The notes: generated from the sequence alone by a model not told the origin. A DNA stretch of 44,844 nt from Acidimicrobiales bacterium (GCA_027371755.1 DAHXLF010000003.1:1-44844), one strand, 5' to 3'. Shown: positions 17,773 to 27,810, numbered from the stretch's first letter. A program made the numbers and translations.

Positions 17773-20700
17773 TTAATCTTGGCTGACACTGGTGATCCTG
17801 CCGATTATTGAAATTTGATAATTAGAGTTCCAATTACCTTTAGTTCGGTCTTTGCATATCTCTTTATAACTGCAATAATCACAATTCTCCTTAGTGACTT
17901 TTGCCGGAAATTCATGGGCCAGAATACCTTCTGAGACGGCATTAAGTAATCTGTCAATATTTTCATACACCTTATCGGTTAACTGACCACTATAACTATT
18001 TCGATCTACGCTGAAAGGAAACTCATAACTAAATTGAATATCGGCAACTGAATCTTTATCTAATTCTAACTGATCGCATTTTTTAAACATCCAACCGTAA
18101 AAAATAGTTTGCAATATATCAGGAACATTTAAATAATCTTGTATCGCAATTTCATTTATTCTGCCTAAAGGCTTTTCGTAACGGGTTTTAATACTTTTGA
18201 TTCGGTCCGTGACTTTATAGTCCCTAAAGACTGCAGTACTAGAATCGTACTTTTCCAACCTGTCTATCTTGCCTTTAAAGCAAACATTGATATTTGATAT
18301 GTTGGTTTTATAAGTTATCGACAGTTCTGAATCTAAATCAGTTAGACCTTGGTGAACATAGTTTCTAAACTGTTTTAACTCTTCAAGTAAAGCGACTTTA
18401 AGCAACTGTTTTTGTGAGTCCAAAAGCCTTTTTTCGTAATCATTTTGATTTACAATTTGCAAGTTAAATGAGTCACAATATTTTTCAATGGAGTTGTTTA
18501 TCAAACGACGAATTTTGTCTGGATCGTCAGACCACAAATTTTGATCTTGAATTGTATTTTCTTGAATTGCATTTTTAAGTGCAATGTTAAAGTAATTTAA
18601 TGAACAGTGTAAGGCAGTGCCTTTGGCTTTTTGTGACGAAGGCAGCTGTAAATCCAGTTCATTGATACTATCGAGACCCAAAACGTAAGAGTAATAATAT
18701 AGTTTTGGACACTTAAGATATGCTTTAATTTTATAAAAGTTTAAATTAAGTTGATAATCACTGAGATTATCAATCGCTAAGCTTTCGGTTAGTTCCAACT
18801 CTTTTAATTCTAAATTATTTCTTTTAAGCAACTCATTTTTACCGTCTAAATCTGATCCGTCTACTTTAAATTTAAAATGTTGAAAAAAATCGGTATCTTT
18901 TAAATCAAGATTATTGTCAGAGATTTTGATAAAATAGCTCAGCAGGGCATCTGCCTGGTTTAACAGGTTATTGGGAGAATCCAAATATACGCTAAAGTAT
19001 GACGGGTACCTGACATAGTACGGTTGATCTTTAAATTTAATTAAGTCTTTGGCCACAATTCCATTGAATCCGTCAACCGGGCTTTCCGCTTTAGCTTTTT
19101 CGGCAAGATATAAGAAGAAAAATCTTGAAACGACTGATTTTTTTGACGAAACTATCTCATTTAAAGGACAGAAAAATCTGACTGCTTTGGCTGACCTTAC
19201 GCTACTTTCCAATTTTAGTAATTGATCCAACATATTAACTCTTGAGTCATTGCCCAAATACTGCAAAAGTTCGTTGGACAGCATCAGCTCATCAGAGCCC
19301 CCCGAAGGCAAAATACCTTCGAGTAGACCTAGAACATAGAGGCGGTTTGTCATAATACCGCCTGAGGTGTCGAGATTGCCATATTTAATTCCATTCCCAA
19401 TTACAGGAATCAACGACCAGCTACTGCCCAAAAAACTAGTCAGAACTTGGACAATATGTTCTTGACTCACCTCGAACAATTCGCCCTCTAAAGCCTTCAA
19501 TTCTTCCAACAAATTATTAAAGTCATACAATGCTTTCAGCTGCTGTGAAGTTGAAAACAGCTGTTCGTCTAAGTTTTCTTTGAACAGCAAATCTCTGTGA
19601 AGTTTAAGCCACGATACGACCTGATTCCAATCAACTAAATTTTCGATTTCCTTTACACTGTTTTCAAATTCACATAATTTCGGATCTACCGCCAAAATGT
19701 AATCGGGATTATTGGCAGCTGCTCGACGAAGGTCAGACTTTAAGGTGTAGATTGATTTGGTTTTCAGGTCCACAAGTTTTTGCAAAGCTGAATCTTGTAA
19801 TACGGACAGTAAGTCCCAAAGTTCGAATCCGCCGTATCCGTTTTGAATATAAGATACAAAACGACTTAAAACCATTCCCACATAAGACTGTGATATGTCC
19901 GCTGGAATGAACCCGTTGCAATCAATTGAAGAATGGTTAATGGTCTTAAGCAGCGACTTACCATATCCGCTACTTTGAGCAAGAATCGTTAAATTATACG
20001 GGCTTTCGCCCTCAAGAATGTCCGCGCTTATTTCATTATTCAAAGCCGCAATTTCAGCAGCCGCATCTGTGGTAACTATAAATTTAAAATCTGGATTTTT
20101 AATAACTGCCGGGTCCATAGAATTGTCATTAGATACACAATCTTTAAGGTTGGTATTTGACGGATCGTTATTAAAAATATTGCAAAGAGGTCCGAGTATT
20201 TTTAAATAGATATGCTCTTGGATTTCGCTTAAGGGTGAACTGCCGACAATAAATTTTAAATTTTGACTGAAAACCGATTCATTTAAACTAGGTGATTGCA
20301 GTATCTTTAGCAGTTGTTCAATTTGGTGGTCGATAAGCAATTCAGGTAGGTAAAATACCGTGGGTACAAATTTACCTGCTTCAACCTGATTTTTATATGT
20401 ATTGTCATTTCGAATACCGAAGCCAAACCTACTAAAAAGACGGTTTCGATCTTCGAGGATCTTAATTACGCCTTGATATAAAGATATTAGGCTTCGTGTT
20501 TTCCGGTCCAATTCTTTTGACTCATCGACCTTTTTAATAAAATCATAAAATGCGCTGCTCCTATCCAGTTTTTTTAATAAAACAGCAAGTCGATTCCGTG
20601 TGGGCAGATGATTTCTAAATTCATAAAAATACGAACCCGGATCATTTTCAAGGCAATTCCAGATAACCGCATCAACTAGCAGACCTGAAGCAATTTTATC

Positions 20701-20970
20701 TTTAGACTCGAACAGATCATCGCAAAATCGGTCAAAATCAGTGAACTCTACGTTAATCAACCCAATCTTAAGATTACTTTCAGAAGAGTTGTCAACTAAC
20801 AGGCTGCCCAAATAATCAAGTAGGTTATGTCTTAAGTACAGTGCCTTGGCTTTTGAGCTTACTATAACTCGTACACCCCTAAAAGGATCTTCGTTCTTAA
20901 AGTTCTTTATTACTTCATTTAAAATTTTTAGGCTCTGGGGTCCGTAATTAACCTTGTACAGAGTTTCCAT
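17773..20970 (-). CDS. AddB/AdnA-like subunit: degenerate helicase scaffold plus PD-(D/E)xK nuclease with 4-Cys Fe-S staple
   Basis: YLKCP..YY, GTALH, GKIDRLE, DYK, C-terminal CDYCSYKEIC; co-oriented upstream of the AddA-like gene. Confidence 0.85.
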   Translation of the reverse strand: METLYKVNYGPQSLKILNEVIKNFKNEDPFRGVRVIVSSKAKALYLRHNLLDYLGSLLVDNSSESNLKIGLINVEFTDFDRFCDDLFESKDKIASGLLVDAVIWNCLENDPGSYFYEFRNHLPTRNRLAVLLKKLDRSSAFYDFIKKVDESKELDRKTRSLISLYQGVIKILEDRNRLFSRFGFGIRNDNTYKNQVEAGKFVPTVFYLPELLIDHQIEQLLKILQSPSLNESVFSQNLKFIVGSSPLSEIQEHIYLKILGPLCNIFNNDPSNTNLKDCVSNDNSMDPAVIKNPDFKFIVTTDAAAEIAALNNEISADILEGESPYNLTILAQSSGYGKSLLKTINHSSIDCNGFIPADISQSYVGMVLSRFVSYIQNGYGGFELWDLLSVLQDSALQKLVDLKTKSIYTLKSDLRRAAANNPDYILAVDPKLCEFENSVKEIENLVDWNQVVSWLKLHRDLLFKENLDEQLFSTSQQLKALYDFNNLLEELKALEGELFEVSQEHIVQVLTSFLGSSWSLIPVIGNGIKYGNLDTSGGIMTNRLYVLGLLEGILPSGGSDELMLSNELLQYLGNDSRVNMLDQLLKLESSVRSAKAVRFFCPLNEIVSSKKSVVSRFFFLYLAEKAKAESPVDGFNGIVAKDLIKFKDQPYYVRYPSYFSVYLDSPNNLLNQADALLSYFIKISDNNLDLKDTDFFQHFKFKVDGSDLDGKNELLKRNNLELKELELTESLAIDNLSDYQLNLNFYKIKAYLKCPKLYYYSYVLGLDSINELDLQLPSSQKAKGTALHCSLNYFNIALKNAIQENTIQDQNLWSDDPDKIRRLINNSIEKYCDSFNLQIVNQNDYEKRLLDSQKQLLKVALLEELKQFRNYVHQGLTDLDSELSITYKTNISNINVCFKGKIDRLEKYDSSTAVFRDYKVTDRIKSIKTRYEKPLGRINEIAIQDYLNVPDILQTIFYGWMFKKCDQLELDKDSVADIQFSYEFPFSVDRNSYSGQLTDKVYENIDRLLNAVSEGILAHEFPAKVTKENCDYCSYKEICKDRTKGNWNSNYQISIIGRITSVSQD

Positions 20971-20976
20971 AGTTAA

Positions 20977-20998
20977 ACTATATCCAATAACTGCTACA
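20977..20998 (-). promoter_or_regulatory. leaderless promoter of addB-like gene resembling the PafBC/RecA-NDp layout
   Basis: TGTAGC-10 nt-TATAGT-6 nt-ATG on the minus strand. Confidence 0.45.
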
Positions 20999-21152
20999 CA
21001 AATATTGACCCCGGTAATTTAATCCTAAAATTAACTCAAGCCAATCTATAAACCTATTTTTACCGTTTATTAAAAGCCTGTAACCAAGTCGTTCAATGTA
21101 TCAAGCTTCAGTCATAGATACGGCAAACAAATTCGTATAGGTAAATTTGATA

Positions 21153-21899
21153 CTACTGCGGCCCAGGAATATTTCTAAAATTAAACGGCTCACTGGCTCT
21201 TCCAGGTATAACATACCAGCAATTTCCGCTTTGATTCGATTCCAAAATCTGTTCAAAAGTATCGGCTACATCGGAAACATCTAAAATAGGAAAGTTTGCC
21301 TGAACCAAAAACTCTTTGGCCATTGCAATGATATCTGTATCTACAAAAGAGGGGCATAACGCATTAATTTCGATTCGTTTATCATTAAAGTAGTTTGGTC
21401 CTACCGCTCTGACTAATCCGACCACTCCGTGCTTTGTCACCGTATAAAAAGGATCCAAAGACAGTCCCATTAATCCGGCTATCGATGCTGTTGCGATTAT
21501 CTTGCCGCCGTTAAGTTTGAGCATTTGAGTAATTGCCGCATCCATCCCGTAAACAACACCGTCTAAATTTATCGAAGTTATCTTTTTATAGGCTTCTATC
21601 GTATTTTCATTTCCAAATGTCACGCCGCTTGCAATTCCCGCATTCAAATGAACTATATCCAGTCCACCGAATGTATCTATTGCGTACTGAATAAGTTTTC
21701 TGTTGTCATTTTCGATTGAGACATCACAGAAAACAAATTTACAACCAATTTCATCTGCGGTCAGCCGGCCAAGTTTTTCGTTGACATCGCCTATTACGAC
21801 TGAAGCTCCGCCTGATGCGAGCCTACTTGCCACAGCCTTGCCGATTCCTTTGGCTCCGCCGGTTATAACGGCCACCTTATCGCTATATTTTCCGCTCAC
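21153..21899 (-). CDS. short-chain dehydrogenase/reductase
   Basis: TGGAKGIG, LNAG, YTVTK. Confidence 0.92.
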   Translation of the reverse strand: MSGKYSDKVAVITGGAKGIGKAVASRLASGGASVVIGDVNEKLGRLTADEIGCKFVFCDVSIENDNRKLIQYAIDTFGGLDIVHLNAGIASGVTFGNENTIEAYKKITSINLDGVVYGMDAAITQMLKLNGGKIIATASIAGLMGLSLDPFYTVTKHGVVGLVRAVGPNYFNDKRIEINALCPSFVDTDIIAMAKEFLVQANFPILDVSDVADTFEQILESNQSGNCWYVIPGRASEPFNFRNIPGPQ

Positions 21900-21931
21900 G
21901 TTTCTCCTTTATAAATATAAATTTGTTAACA

Positions 21932-23167
21932 CTATAGAGGTAAATCACCCAGGTTTGCACCCGCAGCTTTTGTATCCCTATAAAGAGATATCACCCTGTC
22001 GGCTATTCTCCACTGGTGGATCTCATCGGCTCCATCTGCCAATCTTGCCCACCTAGCATGCTGAAACATTGTCGCAAGCGGTGTGTCGGTGGAATAACCT
22101 AATGCTCCGTGAACTTGTATTGCTCTATCCACTATCCTGTTAAGTGAATTTGCAACAAAGTGTTTTGCCATGGAGACTTCCGTTTTAAAATCTTCCTGTC
22201 GGTCAATTTTATATGCCGCATGTAAAATCATTAGTTTGCACTGATAAATTTCCATTGCAGAATCTGCGATCAACCATTGAATTCCCTGCTTTTCGGCCAA
22301 ATATGATCCATGGGAGTATCGCCCAATTGCCCTATCGATCATCATGTCCAATGCCACCTCAGCTTGAGCCAACCAACGCATGCAATGCGCTAATCTTGCC
22401 GGTCCGAGACGATACTGTCCAAGTTTGTGACCGTTGCCCCTACCGCCTAATATTGCGCTGTCCGTAACCCTGACATCTTCCAGCAAGATCTCCGAATGGC
22501 CGGTAGAACCGTGCATGGTTTCAATCTCTCGTACCTCATTCCAACCCTTTGTCGAAGTTTCGACAATAAAAGCCGTGTTGGCGCCTCTGAAACCGGGCTC
22601 TACGTCCATTTCGGTTCTAGCGATCACAATTGCAAAACTTGCGCGCCTTGCGTTTGAGATAAACCACTTATGTCCGTTTATAACCCATTCGTCACCGTCT
22701 TTTACCGCCGTAGTTTTTATAAGTGTGGGATCGCTTCCGGCTACTTCAGGTTCAGTCATCGCAAAACATGACATCATGTTTCCTTCGCACAGAGGTCTTA
22801 GATACTTCTCTTTCTGCTCGTCGGTTCCCCAATGGTACAGAGTATGCATATTGCCTTCGTCTGGAGCCTGACAGTTTAAGATCCACGGACCCAGTCTGGT
22901 TCTGCCGGCTTCGGCTTGTACCATAGCCATTTCAACATGGCTCAGCCCCAGTCCTCCGAACTCTTTAGGCATGTGCGGAAGCCAAAGCCCTTCTTTTTTT
23001 GCCTGTTCTCTCAAATCTAATATCGTCAAAATGTAGTCTTGTCGGGTTAATAACTTTTCTTCGTCATCAAAATCAGAAATAGCGGGAATGACTTTATTGT
23101 CCATAAAATCTTTTACTTTTTTTCTTATCTTTTCGACATTTTCGTCCAAAGTGAAATCAATTGCCAT
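21932..23167 (-). CDS. acyl-CoA dehydrogenase
   Basis: QAPDEGNM, CFAMTEP..AGSD, NGHKWFIS, AIQVHGALG, R.ADGADEIH. Confidence 0.95.
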   Translation of the reverse strand: MAIDFTLDENVEKIRKKVKDFMDNKVIPAISDFDDEEKLLTRQDYILTILDLREQAKKEGLWLPHMPKEFGGLGLSHVEMAMVQAEAGRTRLGPWILNCQAPDEGNMHTLYHWGTDEQKEKYLRPLCEGNMMSCFAMTEPEVAGSDPTLIKTTAVKDGDEWVINGHKWFISNARRASFAIVIARTEMDVEPGFRGANTAFIVETSTKGWNEVREIETMHGSTGHSEILLEDVRVTDSAILGGRGNGHKLGQYRLGPARLAHCMRWLAQAEVALDMMIDRAIGRYSHGSYLAEKQGIQWLIADSAMEIYQCKLMILHAAYKIDRQEDFKTEVSMAKHFVANSLNRIVDRAIQVHGALGYSTDTPLATMFQHARWARLADGADEIHQWRIADRVISLYRDTKAAGANLGDLPL

Positions 23168-23331
23168 ATTTGTCTCCTTATTTTTTATAAATTACTGCTT
23201 AATAGATGTTTTGCCTGGTTGGACCAATTACTAGCGCTAAACCTTGAAGCACTGCAACTCGTCGTTTCTTTAAAATTAAATTTACATATGCTTTCAATTC
23301 AGATTCTCTTTAAATTTCCCTTTAAATCCCG

Positions 23332-24135
23332 CTAAGGTTTCCCACTTGGGTTACCCGGTAAATTTTCCTGCGGATCTACGGAAAGAGAATCTACGATATC
23401 CAATATCTGATCCACGGACGATATGACGCAATCGGGTTTTGATTCACCGGATAAATTAGATACAGCCTTCATTGTCGAAGTCTTTAGCAACACCGAAACC
23501 ATAGAAACCGAATTGGCGCCTTTGATATCAGCAAACGGTGTGTCACCGACAAATATCGTTTCAGGAGCCGAAACGGGGCAACTCGAATTGTTGCTTAAAT
23601 TAATCAACTCCAAGCCCTTTAAAAATATTGTTTGGTCGGGTTTACAAGATTTTGCGGCTTGAGAACTTAAAAATACATCTGACTTGTCTGTTAATTCCAA
23701 CTTTTCAAGCATCGGGTGAAAATAGTCTTCATCTATATTGGAAACGACCGCTATTTTTATTCCTCTGTCTCTTAATAACTGTAATGTCTTATGCACACCG
23801 GATCTGACCTTTATTGACCTAATCGTAAGTTCTCGTTGATTTTTTAATGCAAACCTTATATCTTCATCTGTATAGCTGTTCACATTGTGAAAACCTAAAA
23901 AGTTTTTAATTGCTTGAGCAAATAAATCATCGTGAAGGTAATAGCTTTGTTTGCCAACAGTCAAAAATGAATTCATTAATCCGGTAGCATATGAAACCTC
24001 TATATCTTCGGGTTCGGCTTGGACACCGAACGTACCGACAAATTCAGTCAAAAAATTATTGAATGGTAACTTCAAACCGGATAGTGAACACAAAGTTCCG
24101 GCCAAGTCGAACATAACTGATTTTATTTCATGCAT
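23332..24135 (-). CDS. HAD-superfamily hydrolase
   Basis: FDLAGTL motif I, VVSN, KPD..IF, VGD....DI.GA. Confidence 0.88.
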   Translation of the reverse strand: MHEIKSVMFDLAGTLCSLSGLKLPFNNFLTEFVGTFGVQAEPEDIEVSYATGLMNSFLTVGKQSYYLHDDLFAQAIKNFLGFHNVNSYTDEDIRFALKNQRELTIRSIKVRSGVHKTLQLLRDRGIKIAVVSNIDEDYFHPMLEKLELTDKSDVFLSSQAAKSCKPDQTIFLKGLELINLSNNSSCPVSAPETIFVGDTPFADIKGANSVSMVSVLLKTSTMKAVSNLSGESKPDCVISSVDQILDIVDSLSVDPQENLPGNPSGKP

Positions 24136-24212
24136 CTAGATTAATTTGTAATAAACTATAATTAAATAAATAATAGCCCATTAATTTAACAGTTTTCAAA
24201 AAAATATAAAAA

Positions 24213-24845
24213 ATGCCAAAAGATTCTGCCGATACCCAATCTGCCATAATTACCGCAGCCGAAAAATTAATGTCGCAAAACGGCATTCAAAATGTCTCCT
24301 TAAAAGAGATTATACGAGTCGCAAATCAAAAAAACGCAACTGCAATTCAATACCATTTTCAGAACAAGTTCGGCCTAATAAATGCAATAATAAAAAAACA
24401 TTCAAGAGACATCGATTTGCAGCGAAATGCGTTACTGGACCTGTTGCAGTCCAACGAAGATTCTACACTCAGAGACTATGTGTCGGCTCTAATTATGCCG
24501 CTGGCAGGTAAGCTGGACGACGAAAACGGAGGCCGTGATTTTTTGATAATCGTTTCCGAGTCGATAAACACATATAATCCGGCATTTTTGAAAAAGGTCG
24601 TTGCTAATATCGATGACTCCGTAAACAGATGGCGCAACCTGGTAGAGCCATTTTTAAATAAGACATCGGTAATTCGCTTACACACCAGGTTTTCGGCCAT
24701 AAGATTCACCTATACAGAACTTGCCCGAAGGGCCGCAACTACCGATTCAACTCAAAACAACAAACTTTTTATATCACACTTAACCGATCTGGTCGAATCA
24801 ATATTAACGACGCCCATATCTAAAGAAACTAAGCGATTGTTATAG
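24213..24845 (+). CDS. TetR/AcrR family transcriptional regulator
   Basis: IITAAEKL...GI..VSL.EI...A...N..AI.YHF.NK.GL. Confidence 0.9.
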   Translation: MPKDSADTQSAIITAAEKLMSQNGIQNVSLKEIIRVANQKNATAIQYHFQNKFGLINAIIKKHSRDIDLQRNALLDLLQSNEDSTLRDYVSALIMPLAGKLDDENGGRDFLIIVSESINTYNPAFLKKVVANIDDSVNRWRNLVEPFLNKTSVIRLHTRFSAIRFTYTELARRAATTDSTQNNKLFISHLTDLVESILTTPISKETKRLL

Positions 24846-25023
24846 AAGCAGTTTGTACCAAAAGGACAGATTTCTGTAAATAAATTGGAAATTAATCTAT
24901 AACCACATACAAGTCAAGTTCGCTTTTTTTTGAAAAGACTCAAGATGCGGGTATTCAAAAAAGCATATAAGTCTGCTCGACCGAAAAGCGCTAAGCTATT
25001 GTATCTTTTTGCCCAGTAAATCA

Positions 25024-25057
25024 ATCTAGGGTCTTCTCGTTTGAAAAGACCCTAGAT
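25024..25057. terminator. hairpin between convergent genes, probable terminator
   Basis: ATCTAGGGTCTT-10 nt-AAGACCCTAGAT. Confidence 0.65.
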
Positions 25058-25079
25058 GATAGTTAAGGGAATTGGGCAA

Positions 25080-25712
25080 TTAAGAATTACATGTGCTCTG
25101 CGAAGTAGAACTCTGTGAAGTAGAGTTCTGTGAAGTTTGAGGATTTCTATTTTCGGAGTGAGAATTTCCATTTCCCTTAGACGAATTTCCCGGAGATACT
25201 CCGCTGGTTCCAGTAGAACCTGACGAAGAGTTGCCAACTACACCGTGGTTGGAGTGACCATTGACATGAGAGTTTGCACCACTATCGTTTGTGGTGGAAT
25301 TATCCTGCGAGGTGGTAGTCGCCTGATCTGACGAAGTCGTTGTGTTTGAATTCGAAGTTGAAGTAGTGGACGACCCTTGGCAACTTGACGCGGGCTTTCC
25401 GCAAGATGACTTTGCGGCTTGAGATACGACTGCTCCTCCTGGATGAGTCTTGGCCACAGACGACACGTACTTTCCGTGATTTGTATATTGAGGTCCACAA
25501 GCAGGAAGCGTTACCGAAGTCGAAACCGATCCGCTGTTGGCAGTTCCAGCGACCGTGGTCGGAACATTCGAAGAAGAATTTAAAATAGTATCTGAACTGT
25601 TGTGTGCCGAAAAGGTAAGTGCTCCAACCCCAAACAGGACCAAACCACCCAAAGCCAATACAGCCATTGAAGATCCCTTTGCGTGCACTAAAAACTTAAT
25701 AATACTTTTCAT
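25080..25712 (-). CDS. secreted/membrane-anchored Ser/Thr/Asn-rich low-complexity protein
   Basis: N-terminal hydrophobic helix; small C..NHGKYVSSVAK..C core; S/T-rich tail with 15-nt coding repeats; AAGGA RBS. Confidence 0.7.
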   Translation of the reverse strand: MKSIIKFLVHAKGSSMAVLALGGLVLFGVGALTFSAHNSSDTILNSSSNVPTTVAGTANSGSVSTSVTLPACGPQYTNHGKYVSSVAKTHPGGAVVSQAAKSSCGKPASSCQGSSTTSTSNSNTTTSSDQATTTSQDNSTTNDSGANSHVNGHSNHGVVGNSSSGSTGTSGVSPGNSSKGNGNSHSENRNPQTSQNSTSQSSTSQSTCNS

Positions 25713-26208
25713 GATCTTTATCCTTAAAATCTATATTTAACTTTTATACTTTTATTTCTCGTTCTGTAATATAAATCGTAACTAAAAGGCAAATTGTTGC
25801 AGTTTTAATGAATTTTCTACGATAGCCGTGGTAAATAAGGGTTACTTTTCAAGACCGACCCTAAAAAACTTTGAAATTTAATATGCTGCTACTGTCGTAT
25901 TTGGGTTACCTTAAAAAGGAGATGGAATTAGAAACCAGACAATTCAATGTCTGATACCGTCCCATATATGGCAGTTCAAGTTTGACGACTGCGACAATGG
26001 AAATGATTAAAGACGAATGATTTTTTACTAACGCCTTTTTAACCGTTAAAGTCTTTTTCTAAGCAGTTATCATTCTGATAAATTGATTAATATTGTGTAT
26101 TACTTTTTATTTGAATTACTGGTTCAACGCACGTCGAGTCCTAAAGTAATTGCGTCAACTTTTTTATTTAATTCCTTCTAATATTCTCTAATTACCTCAG
26201 AGATTATA

Positions 26209-26238
26209 CTTAGTGAATAACTTCTTAGTGAATAACTT
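26209..26238. repeat. 15-bp tandem duplication
   Basis: CTTAGTGAATAACTT x2. Confidence 0.85.
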
Positions 26239-26336
26239 ACTCGGCCGGTTTCTTCGTATTTAAGATGATCCGTGCCAACGGTAATCTTCGCTATCAAAAT
26301 GAATTATTTTAAAATCTCAGCTATTTTAAAAAAAGG

Positions 26337-27161
26337 TTAATTTTTACTTTCACAATTGCTTTCCAGCGACTTATAAATAGATTCGGCGCATTTTTGTATC
26401 TTGTCACCTGATTCTTTAATTGAACTTAATACGTCTCCGCTGACAGTACCCCAGTTCCCCAAATAACCAAACGTATAATCGGAGGTATCAATCTCCATCA
26501 TTGCACAAACTATATAAGCGACAGATTCAGCTTCAAGTTCAGCTTTGGCCCTATCGACCTCAAATTCGTGCAATAAGCCGTGTGCTAATTCATGGGCCAG
26601 TGTCTTTATTCTCTGGTTTATGGAATTGACGCTTTTAATTCTTATAGTCATGGTTTCAAAGGAACAGTCGCCATTAGTAGTATCTGAAAAATCATGATCC
26701 GTTACCTTAAATCCAAAATCATTGGCAACTTTGATTAGGGTTTCATACATATCCGCCGACGAATTTCCTCCCAGCAAATTACAGACGCTCGGAGGTTCTT
26801 CACCGGTTGTTTGACTTATGTCAAAAACCGGAACATATTTAAAACCCCGAACTTGAATTTCATCGCCGTCATTTTCCATTTTTACTTTTGTAACAATCGG
26901 AGCTAATATCCAAATGGCCTTTTCGTTTTCCATAACCGTTCGATTCAGCTTCTTCCATGTAGTAAAGCTTGCCACTTTAGTGGCATTCGGAAGCTGTTTA
27001 AAAATCAAGACAACATTGTTAAAGCTGTAACAGTGAAATTTACTTTGGAATTCCAAAAACTCGGCCCACTTTTTTGAATTCATAAGCTGGATTAAACCGT
27101 CATTCAGTTGATTGAAAAGTACGGTTGTTCTTTTGGATTTTATGCTTTTTACGGCAGTCAT
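26337..27161 (-). CDS. ArdC-like ssDNA-binding protein with zincin metalloprotease domain
   Basis: FH.YSFNN..LI..Q.P.AT.VA.F..WKKL.R.V...EKAI.ILAP; VFDISQT.G; TLAHELAH; ELEAES.AY; AAGGAG RBS. Confidence 0.9.
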   Translation of the reverse strand: MTAVKSIKSKRTTVLFNQLNDGLIQLMNSKKWAEFLEFQSKFHCYSFNNVVLIFKQLPNATKVASFTTWKKLNRTVMENEKAIWILAPIVTKVKMENDGDEIQVRGFKYVPVFDISQTTGEEPPSVCNLLGGNSSADMYETLIKVANDFGFKVTDHDFSDTTNGDCSFETMTIRIKSVNSINQRIKTLAHELAHGLLHEFEVDRAKAELEAESVAYIVCAMMEIDTSDYTFGYLGNWGTVSGDVLSSIKESGDKIQKCAESIYKSLESNCESKN

Positions 27162-27339
27162 TAAGGTCTCCTTAAATAGTTTTTCTATATTGAAGGCCTT
27201 ACCAGAAGGCGACGCGCTTTATTGCAAGTATCCACACTAAGCTATAAGTGTTACAAAAGCAATATGTATTGTAAATCTATACCGACAACTAAGTTGTTTG
27301 GTCATTTGATTATTTGAAATGAAATAACGGAGGATATTA

Positions 27340-27810
27340 ATGGGACGCGAAGTAATAACAGTTGAAAAAATTGTAAATACAACTCCGGATAAGATTTTTG
27401 ATATCCTGTCGAGACCGTCACGACACCCTGAATTGGATGGATCCAATACCGTTAAGAAGGTAAACTCTTCATCACCGGAGCCTTTGAAACTCGGCGATAA
27501 ATTCAATATGGCCATGAAACTGGGAATACCGTATTTTATGATAAGTACAATCGTAGAGTATGAAGAGAACCGCAAGATAGCTTGGCAGCCCAAAGCGCCG
27601 GGTTTATTCGGAAACATAGCGGGAGGGCGAATTTGGAGGTACGAGCTTGAACCACGAGGTGAAAAAGCCACTTTAGTAAAAGAGACCTGGGACATAACTC
27701 AAGAAGCCAACCCATTGTCCAAGAAACTCCTGTTGAAGGATTTCAGCCAGCAAAAAATCGTCGACGCCATTGAAAAAACCTTAGAGAATCTGGCCAATTT
27801 GTTTCAGTAA
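27340..27810 (+). CDS. SRPBCC/START family protein
   Basis: IFD.L..P.RHPELDGS.TV; I.W.P; WRYELEP; GGAGG RBS. Confidence 0.85.
   Translation: MGREVITVEKIVNTTPDKIFDILSRPSRHPELDGSNTVKKVNSSSPEPLKLGDKFNMAMKLGIPYFMISTIVEYEENRKIAWQPKAPGLFGNIAGGRIWRYELEPRGEKATLVKETWDITQEANPLSKKLLLKDFSQQKIVDAIEKTLENLANLFQ

Noticed and set aside
14137-20970. Helicase-nuclease pair as an anti-phage defence system or Cas4-linked module
   Set aside because: Domain order, sizes and the Fe-S staple fit the housekeeping AddAB/AdnAB family, and there is no defence-island context.
25890-26010. Possible decayed Rieske-like gene (TIQC..P.H.WQF) in the intergenic region
   Set aside because: Needs several frameshifts and stops; similarity is too weak to support without a search.
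1707-27161. Integrative conjugative element spanning relaxase to ArdC
   Set aside because: No integrase, coupling protein, T4SS or att repeats seen; the intervening genes are housekeeping.
27237-27695. 152-aa minus-strand ORF and the many other antisense/nested ORFs in the track
   Set aside because: They are shadows of well-supported genes on the opposite strand or in another frame.
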